A stretch of DNA of 64,000 nt from Anaerolineae bacterium (GTDB taxonomy: Bacteria > Chloroflexota > Anaerolineae > B4-G1 > SLSP01), in assembly GCA_034432595.1 (NCBI GenBank), contig DAOUBT010000015.1, positions 5,800-69,799 of the forward strand, in the 5' to 3' direction. Positions 57,840 to 64,000 of the stretch are shown piece by piece. The notes beneath the pieces were generated by a model. It saw only the letters and a list, made by a program, of their open reading frames with translations. It did no database searches and was not told the origin of the DNA. A program made the position numbers and the translations under genes. Every line of letters starts with the position of its first letter. Within the stretch, counting starts at the first letter, position 1.

Positions 57840-58607
57840 ATGGCTTACTGGAATCGTTTCCGTTGGATACTGCTTGTTGTTGCGGCCCTGGCCCTGCTCT
57901 CTGGCTGCGCTCCAGCCACGCCCAAAGCGCCGAACGTCATCACCGTTGCGACCGACGCCACCTGGCCGCCCTTTGAGTATGTGGATGAGCAGAGCAAGGC
58001 CATCGTGGGCTTTGACGTGGACCTCATCAAAGCCATCGCCGCTGCCGAAGGCTTCGAGGTGCGCGTCGTCAACGTCAGTTGGGATGCTTTGCTGGCGGGC
58101 GTGGCACAGGGCGAATACGACGCCGCCATCTCCGTCATCACCATCACGCCGGAGCGGCAGCAGCAGATGCTCTTCTCCGATCCCTACTACAACGCCGGGC
58201 AAGTCATCGTCGTGCGCGCGGATGAGAGCGCCATCCAATCCCCTGCCGACCTCAACGGACGCCGCGCGGGGGCGCAGCTCGGCACGACCGGCGCCATGGA
58301 AATTCAGAAAATTGCCGGTGCGCAGCTCAAAACCTACGATACGATTGACCTGGCCTTCCTCGACCTGCTCAACGGGCAGATTGACGCGGTGGTGGTGGAC
58401 AATCCCCTGGCGCAGGGATACGTGGCTCAGTACGCGGGGCGTCTGCGCATCGTGGGCGAACCTTTCACCGATGAATGGTACGGCATCGCCGTGGCACCGG
58501 GGCGCACCGAGCTGCTGGAGCGTATCAATCGCGGCCTGCGCGCTGTGCAAGACTCCGGGCAATTTGCGGCCCTGGTGCAGCAATGGCTGACGGGGCCTCA
58601 GCCTTAA
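57840..58607 (+). CDS. Polar amino-acid ABC transporter substrate-binding lipoprotein (family 3)
   Basis: Lipobox LSGC; ITVATDATWPPFEYVDEQSKAIVGFDVDLIKAIA. Confidence 0.85.
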   Translation: MAYWNRFRWILLVVAALALLSGCAPATPKAPNVITVATDATWPPFEYVDEQSKAIVGFDVDLIKAIAAAEGFEVRVVNVSWDALLAGVAQGEYDAAISVITITPERQQQMLFSDPYYNAGQVIVVRADESAIQSPADLNGRRAGAQLGTTGAMEIQKIAGAQLKTYDTIDLAFLDLLNGQIDAVVVDNPLAQGYVAQYAGRLRIVGEPFTDEWYGIAVAPGRTELLERINRGLRAVQDSGQFAALVQQWLTGPQP

Positions 58608-58635
58608 GGTCGGCCTGACGTTGAGGAGGTGGTCC

Positions 58636-59493
58636 ATGGCTCACTTAACCTGGATGACGAACCGCGCCGCCGCATCGGAAGGCCGGGCTATCGGACGGCT
58701 TTGGAGATCCATCGAGCGCTGGCACGTCCTGCTGTTGGGCGTGACCGGGCTGCTCGCGCTGCTCATGCTGCGCTGGCCCGATCCTTTCTGGCGCATGACG
58801 CTTTTCTTGCTGGATGGCCTGGCGGTGACGGTGGGTGTAACCCTCATCGCGTTTGCGTTGATTCTGCTCATCGGCCTGCTGGGGGGATTGGGGCGCATAT
58901 CCCCCAATGCGGCGCTGCGCTCCCTGGCGGCGCTGTACGTGGATATTGTGCGCGGCATTCCGCTGTTGGTTCAGCTTCTCTTCCTGTACTACGCCTTCCC
59001 GCAACTTTTGCATCAAGCCGGCGCAGCTTTGGCGGCGCGCTTTCCCGCCTGGACCTGGGCGCAGGCCCTGGCGACGCTGCAGTTTTCGCCTTTCTGGGCC
59101 GCGGTGATGGGGCTGAGCTTCTGCTACGGCGCGTACATGACAGAGGTCTTCCGCGCCGGATTTGAGGCGATTCCGCGCGGACAGATGGAGGCGGCGCTGG
59201 CTCTGGGCATGAGCCGCGCGCAAGCCCTGCGCGTCATCATCCTGCCGCAAGCGGTGCGCATGGCTCTGCCGCCGATAGGCAACGACTTTATCTCGTTGCT
59301 CAAGGACTCGTCCCTGGTCTCGGTGGTTGCCGTGGCCGACCTGACGCGACGCGGACGCGAGTTCATCTCCGCGGCTTTCATCCCGGTCGAGGGCTGGACC
59401 CTGGTCGCCCTGCTCTACCTCCTGCTCACGTTGCTGGTTTCGCGCCTTGTGTCGGGGGTTGAGCGGCGTTTCCAGATGGTGGAGCGCAGCTGA
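58636..59493 (+). CDS. Polar amino-acid ABC transporter permease
   Basis: EAA loop ALGMSRAQALRVIILPQAVRMALPPIGN. GGAGGTGG RBS. The start was chosen at MAHLTW. Confidence 0.85.
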   Translation: MAHLTWMTNRAAASEGRAIGRLWRSIERWHVLLLGVTGLLALLMLRWPDPFWRMTLFLLDGLAVTVGVTLIAFALILLIGLLGGLGRISPNAALRSLAALYVDIVRGIPLLVQLLFLYYAFPQLLHQAGAALAARFPAWTWAQALATLQFSPFWAAVMGLSFCYGAYMTEVFRAGFEAIPRGQMEAALALGMSRAQALRVIILPQAVRMALPPIGNDFISLLKDSSLVSVVAVADLTRRGREFISAAFIPVEGWTLVALLYLLLTLLVSRLVSGVERRFQMVERS

Positions 59494-59499
59494 GTCGGG

Positions 59500-59889
59500 T
59501 TATGCCGTGTTTTTCCAGTCGTAAGGCAGAAGCTCGCGGAGCCGCAGCACGGTATCTTCGGCCACCAGGACTTCGGCCTCCAGATTGGCAGGGTGAAGCT
59601 GACTGATGAACTCGCGGCAGCGGCCACAGGGTGGGAGGATGCGTCCGTCCCAGTTGACCGCGACCATGCGAACGACCTGACTCTCGCCCGCGGTAATCAT
59701 GGCGGCTGCGGCGGCGTGTTCGGCACAGAATCCGACGCCGCAGGCCGCGTCAATGTTGACGCCGGTGTAGATGTGCCCGTCGGCTGTGAGCAGGGCCGCG
59801 CCCACCCCACCTGCCTCGGCATGATCGGAGAGACGCCGTGGCGCAAGCACGGCTCGCGCGCGCTGGACCAGATCAGCAAAAGTAACCAT
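59500..59889 (-). CDS. cdd: Cytidine deaminase
   Basis: Zinc-binding motifs CAEHAA and PCGRCRE. The start was chosen at MVTFADL. Confidence 0.85.
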   Translation of the reverse strand: MVTFADLVQRARAVLAPRRLSDHAEAGGVGAALLTADGHIYTGVNIDAACGVGFCAEHAAAAAMITAGESQVVRMVAVNWDGRILPPCGRCREFISQLHPANLEAEVLVAEDTVLRLRELLPYDWKNTA

Positions 59890-59988
59890 AACGACCCCCT
59901 GAGCAGCGTTGGGTATAGTGGAACCTGGATAGGGCAAAAACAGGGCCGTCTGGCATGACGGCCCTGTTGTAAGCGCTACGGCGATAAC

Positions 59989-62445
59989 CTAAGCCGGTAC
60001 GGCTTCAGCTTCCGGCTGGGAGACGGGCATGAGCGCGTGCTCCAAAACGGTGAAGATGTCTTCCACCAGGATGAACTCGATGTCCTCCCGGACCTCGGCG
60101 GGCAGGTCATCCAGGTCCACTTCGTTCAGGGCGGGAAGGATGACCTTCTTCAAGCCGGCGCGATGCGCGGCCAGCACTTTTTGCTTCACGCCGCCGATGG
60201 GCAACACCTGGCCTTGTAGGGTGATTTCGCCGGTCATGCCCACATCTCCGCGGACCGGACGACCGCTGAGCAGCGAGACCAGGGATGTGACCATGGTCAC
60301 GCCCGCCGAAGGGCCATCCTTGGGGACGGCGCCCGCGGGCACGTGCAGGTGAATTTTGCCCTTGCAGCCATCCTTCGGCAGGCCAAGTTGTTCAGCGTGG
60401 GCCTCCACAAAGCTCAGGGCAATGCGCGCCGATTCGCGCATCACATCACCCAGGTGGCCGGTGAGGATGAGGGTTCCCTCCTCGCCGGGCATGCGCGCCG
60501 CCTCGACGAACAGCACCTCGCCGCCGGTGGGCGTCCAGGCCAGGCCGGTCGCGACGCCGGGACGTTCGGTGCGCAGCGCCGCTTCGAAGCGGTAGCGCGG
60601 CTTGCCAAGATACTCGATGACCTGTCCGGCATCCACCTGGACCGGGCCATTCTGCACGCCTTCCGCAACGCGCGTGGCGACCTTGCGGCAAATCTTGCCG
60701 ATTTCGCGCTCCAACTGTCGCACGCCCGCCTCGCGCGTGTAGTCGCGGATGATGCGACGCAGCGCGGCATCGGTGATCTCCAGCTCTTCCGCCTTCAGGC
60801 TGTGCAGATCAAGCTGGCGCGGGATGAGATAGTTGCGCGCGATGTGCAGCTTTTCGTATTCCGTGTACCCATCGAGATGGATAATCTCCATGCGATCCAG
60901 CAACGGCGCCGGAATGGTCTCGGTGGTGTTCGCGGTGCAGATTAACAGCACCTCGCTTAAGTCAAAGTCCACGTCCAGGTAATGGTCGTGGAAGGTATGG
61001 TTCTGTTGCGGATCGAGCACCTCCAGCAGCGCCGAGGAAGGATCGCCGCGCCAGTCCGTGCCGATTTTGTCCACCTCATCCAGCATGAAGACAGGGTTGC
61101 GCACCCCGCTGCGTTTGATGGACTGCATGATGCGTCCCGGCATGGCGCCGATGTAGGTACGGCGATGGCCGCGGATTTCGGCTTCGTCACGCATACCGCC
61201 CAGGCTCATGCGGATGAACTGCCGCCCCAAAGCACGGGCGATGGACTGCCCCAGGGAGGTCTTCCCCACGCCCGGCGGCCCGATGAAGGCGAGAATGGCG
61301 CCCACCCCGGTGTTGCGTCGGCCCTGCAGGTCTTGTTGCCGGGCGCTTTCGCTTTCCCCGCGCTCCTGCTTCAGACGTCGCACCGCCAGGAATTCCAGGA
61401 TGCGTTCCTTCACATCCTGCAGGTCGTAGTGGTCCTCATCCAGCACCTGACGGGCGTGAGCAATGTCGAGATTGTCCTGCGTCACCGTCTGCCAGGGCAG
61501 GGAGGTGAGCCAATCCAGGTAGGTCTTGATGACCCAGTACTCTGCTGCCTGCGGGGGCATCTTCTCCAGACGCGCCACCTCACGCAAGGCTTCGGCTTTG
61601 GCCTCTTCGGTCATGCCGCAGGTTTCGATTTTCTTGCGGTACTCTTCCGCCTCGCGGCGGGAGTCATCCGCTTCGCCCAGTTCGTTTTGAATCGCCTGCA
61701 TCTGCTGCCGCAGGTAATACTCGCGCTGGTTCTTTTCGATTTCTTCCTTGGCCTTTTCCTGAATCTGTTGCCCGATGCGGCGCACCTCGTACTCGCGCGT
61801 GAGCAGGCGGATGAGCAGTTCCATCTTGTGGCGCATCTGCTCTTCTTCCAGCACGCGCTGCCCATCTTCCATCTCCAGATGCATGTTGGAGGCGATGAGA
61901 TAGGTGAGCAAGCGCAGGTCCTGCAACTGTCGCAAGAAGAGCAGGGCTTCGTCCGGGAACTGCGGGATGAACTCCGTGAGCTTCTCGGTTGTTTCCAGAA
62001 GCGTGCGACGCAGCGCTTCCGCGGTGACCGGATCCTCGGCGATGTCCATCACATCCGGGGACAGTTTGACGCGCGCCTTGAGGTAAGGCTCACTCGCCAC
62101 CCACTTCTGGATTTCCATGCGCTCAAGGCCCTGCACAAAAATGGTGAGATTGCCATCTTCATTGCGCATCACGCGGTGGATCACCGCCACCGTGCCCACG
62201 GTATGCACATCATCCGCTCCCGGCACTTCGATGGTGGGGTCTTTGACCGCCACCAGACCCACTAAACGATCGCCACGTTCTACTTCTTCGACCAGCCGAA
62301 TCGAGCGCGGAATCCCCACCGCCAGCGGCATGATGACGTAAGGATAGGCCACTGTGTTGCGCAGCGGCAGGATAGGCAACGTCTCCGGCAGCTGCTCCAA
62401 TAAATCTAATGAATGGTTATCTTGCATGTTGAACCAGGGAATCAT
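59989..62445 (-). CDS. lon: ATP-dependent Lon protease (endopeptidase La)
   Basis: N-terminal LON domain, AAA+ module (GPPGVGKTS) and protease domain with the catalytic Ser in PKDGPSAG. Confidence 0.95.
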   Translation of the reverse strand: MIPWFNMQDNHSLDLLEQLPETLPILPLRNTVAYPYVIMPLAVGIPRSIRLVEEVERGDRLVGLVAVKDPTIEVPGADDVHTVGTVAVIHRVMRNEDGNLTIFVQGLERMEIQKWVASEPYLKARVKLSPDVMDIAEDPVTAEALRRTLLETTEKLTEFIPQFPDEALLFLRQLQDLRLLTYLIASNMHLEMEDGQRVLEEEQMRHKMELLIRLLTREYEVRRIGQQIQEKAKEEIEKNQREYYLRQQMQAIQNELGEADDSRREAEEYRKKIETCGMTEEAKAEALREVARLEKMPPQAAEYWVIKTYLDWLTSLPWQTVTQDNLDIAHARQVLDEDHYDLQDVKERILEFLAVRRLKQERGESESARQQDLQGRRNTGVGAILAFIGPPGVGKTSLGQSIARALGRQFIRMSLGGMRDEAEIRGHRRTYIGAMPGRIMQSIKRSGVRNPVFMLDEVDKIGTDWRGDPSSALLEVLDPQQNHTFHDHYLDVDFDLSEVLLICTANTTETIPAPLLDRMEIIHLDGYTEYEKLHIARNYLIPRQLDLHSLKAEELEITDAALRRIIRDYTREAGVRQLEREIGKICRKVATRVAEGVQNGPVQVDAGQVIEYLGKPRYRFEAALRTERPGVATGLAWTPTGGEVLFVEAARMPGEEGTLILTGHLGDVMRESARIALSFVEAHAEQLGLPKDGCKGKIHLHVPAGAVPKDGPSAGVTMVTSLVSLLSGRPVRGDVGMTGEITLQGQVLPIGGVKQKVLAAHRAGLKKVILPALNEVDLDDLPAEVREDIEFILVEDIFTVLEHALMPVSQPEAEAVPA

Positions 62446-62596
62446 GGTGTAACCTCACTTTCGCTCCGTTTTCCAGAAGCGCCCCTATAGTTTATCTGGC
62501 ATGAACCTGTGCTGTGCCACAGGCTCCCCCCATGGCATGGATTATAACATAGGCGTATTAGAAAAGCATTAGAAATCGGCATGAGTTTGGCGGCTC

Positions 62597-62700
62597 GCTG
62601 GATGCTGGATACGGGAAGCTGGACCCGGGTAGGCGACGGCACTGCCGTCGGGTAGGCGACGGCACTGGGGTGGGCGACGGCACTGCCGTCGCCCACCCCT
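62597..62700 (+). repeat. Composite repeat copy H: decamer tandem unit (62597-62624) + palindrome with tandemly expanded left arm (62626-62698) + TTTT
   Basis: ggtaggcgacggcac recurs 2.7 times, ending in the perfect palindrome ggggtgggcgacggcactgccgtcgcccacccc. It lies between the divergent lon and pstB genes. Confidence 0.65.
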
Positions 62701-62812
62701 TTTGATGTCTCTTTGACCAGAAGCAGATTGAACGATTGGAGCGGTCGTGGATTCCTTAGCGGGCAACTTGAAGATTGGATACTGGATGCTGGAGCGAAAA
62801 GTGGGCGGTGGA

Positions 62813-62840
62813 TTGACTTCTGGCCTAACTTGTTTATACT
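62813..62840 (+). promoter_or_regulatory. Sigma-70-type promoter for pstB-phoU (TTGACT-16-TATACT)
   Basis: -35 at 62813-62818 and -10 at 62835-62840. Confidence 0.5.
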
Positions 62841-62874
62841 TTTTTTGTAAAGTCACACTTTGAGGATGAAGCAC

Positions 62875-63636
62875 ATGAATCATAACGGGCCGAAAATCCG
62901 GATTGAGCATCTGGATTTCTATTACGACGAGGATAAGCAGGCACTGTTCGACATCACCATGGATATTGCGCCGCAGCAGATCACGGCCTTTATCGGGCCA
63001 TCGGGATGCGGCAAGACCACGTTGCTGCGCTGCCTGAATCGCATGAACGATTTGATCCCGCGCACGCGCCTGACGGGGCGCATCCTGCTCGATGGCGAAG
63101 ACATCATGGGCATGGACGTGGTGACGTTGCGTCAGCGGGTGGGGTTGGTGTTTCAACGGCCTAATCCTTTCCCACAATCGGTGTATGCCAACGTTGCTAT
63201 GGGACCGGATGCGTTAGGCATGATGCGGGGTAAGGAGCTGACGGAGTGGGTGGAGGAAATGCTGCATCGCGTTGGCCTGTGGGATGAGCTGAAGGGTGAC
63301 CTCAAAACACCCGCATCGAGCCTCTCCCTGGGGCAACAGCAGCGCCTGTGCATTGCCCGCACCATCGCCGTCAAGCCCGAAGTAATTTTGATGGATGAGC
63401 CTTGTTCCGCGCTCGATCCCATCGCTACCCTGGGCATCGAGGACTTGATGCGCGACTTGAGCCGCGAGTACACCATCGTCATCGTGACGCACAACATGCA
63501 GCAGGCGGCGCGCGTTTCGGAACGCACGGCGCTTTTCTGGCTGGGCAAGCTGATTGAGTACGACGAAACGCCCCATATTTTCACCCATCCGCGCGAGGCT
63601 TTGACCGAGGCCTACGTGAGTGGGCGCATGGGTTAA
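62875..63636 (+). CDS. pstB: Phosphate ABC transporter ATP-binding protein PstB
   Basis: FIGPSGCGKTTLLRCLNRMNDLIP and a Q-loop. The start was chosen at MNHNGPKI (GAGGAT RBS 8 nt upstream); the track ORF starts at an upstream TTG. Confidence 0.9.
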   Translation: MNHNGPKIRIEHLDFYYDEDKQALFDITMDIAPQQITAFIGPSGCGKTTLLRCLNRMNDLIPRTRLTGRILLDGEDIMGMDVVTLRQRVGLVFQRPNPFPQSVYANVAMGPDALGMMRGKELTEWVEEMLHRVGLWDELKGDLKTPASSLSLGQQQRLCIARTIAVKPEVILMDEPCSALDPIATLGIEDLMRDLSREYTIVIVTHNMQQAARVSERTALFWLGKLIEYDETPHIFTHPREALTEAYVSGRMG

Positions 63637-63669
63637 ACACTGTCCGCAAGAGGAAAGGAGCTGAGCAGA

Positions 63670-64000
63670 ATGGTACGGAGTTTGCTGGATCAGGAAATCC
63701 GTCAATTACGGGAAAAGTTATTGCAGATGGGGAGTCTGGTGGAGACGGCGGTGGATCGTGCTGTGACCGCCCTTAAGAACCGCGATACGGCCCTCGCGCA
63801 GAGCGTGGTGGATGGGGATGAGGAAATCAACCTTCTGCGGCACGAAATCGAGGAGCTGTGCATCGAGACTATTGCCACGCAACAACCCATGGCCATTGAC
63901 TTGCGCATGATTTTCGCCATTACCCACATCGCGGTGGAATTGGAACGCATGGGAGACCACGCCGCGGGCATCGCCAAGCTGGTGCTGCGCATCGCCGATC
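63670..64000 (+). CDS. phoU: Phosphate signalling complex protein PhoU (partial; continues past window end)
   Basis: MVRSLLDQEIRQLREKLLQMGSLVETAVDRAV...DLRMIFAITHIAVELERMGDHA. Confidence 0.85.
   Translation, partial: MVRSLLDQEIRQLREKLLQMGSLVETAVDRAVTALKNRDTALAQSVVDGDEEINLLRHEIEELCIETIATQQPMAIDLRMIFAITHIAVELERMGDHAAGIAKLVLRIAD

Noticed and set aside
57560-57840. T-box riboswitch upstream of the amino-acid ABC genes
   Set aside because: No conserved T-box sequence (AATTAGGGTGGNACCGCG) or specifier-loop architecture could be found. The alternative-hairpin attenuator description fits better.
60982-62265. 427-aa plus-strand ORF
   Set aside because: It is antisense to lon.
62445-62600. CIRCE (HrcA) element upstream of lon
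   Set aside because: No TTAGCACTC-N9-GAGTGCTAA match is present; only a short inverted repeat, cctgtg/cacagg, of uncertain significance.

Overview
This is a high-GC (~65-68%) bacterial chromosomal window, gene-dense on both strands. Its gene content and order look Chloroflexi- or Gram-positive-like. The core is a complete division/cell-wall (dcw) cluster at 27.5-44.5 kb: mraZ-rsmH-ftsL-ftsI-murF-mraY-murD-ftsW-murG-[cvpA-like]-murC-[48-aa basic ORF]-murB-ddl-ftsQ-ftsA-ftsZ. It lacks murE, carries an inserted CvpA-like membrane protein, and has a phased TGGGG-repeat MraZ operator downstream of a consensus promoter. Upstream lie MutS2 (partial), CvpA, an APC permease, a Trm112/small-membrane/sirtuin operon, ZupT, a 4Fe-4S protein, a malic enzyme, an orphan histidine kinase and cydAB. 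Between 7.6 and 21.6 kb sit two adjacent envelope modules: a GldG/DUF4350-like protein with an ABC-2 exporter, and a Bat/MoxR cluster. Downstream lie a PadR/NifX-like pair, a second ABC-2 exporter, a mogA/degenerate-ProRS-paralog/nnr operon, murJ, and a low-GC DUF11 surface-protein gene with a C-terminal anchor. The window ends with an amino-acid ABC importer preceded by an attenuator-like leader, cdd, lon, and pstB-phoU. The findings worth following up are:
- A modular family of dispersed intergenic repeats: a GC-rich palindrome that shows compensatory substitutions, a conserved ~60-nt module, decamer tandem repeats, and a TIR-flanked MITE-like element.
- The 14-kb supercluster (7580-21635) that links the GldG-like/ABC-2 module to the Bat/MoxR cluster through a shared non-catalytic GATase1-like domain.
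- A full-length ProRS paralog (50569-52173) whose class II catalytic motifs have decayed.
- A translationally coupled 48-aa basic ORF between murC and murB.
- A phased MraZ operator.
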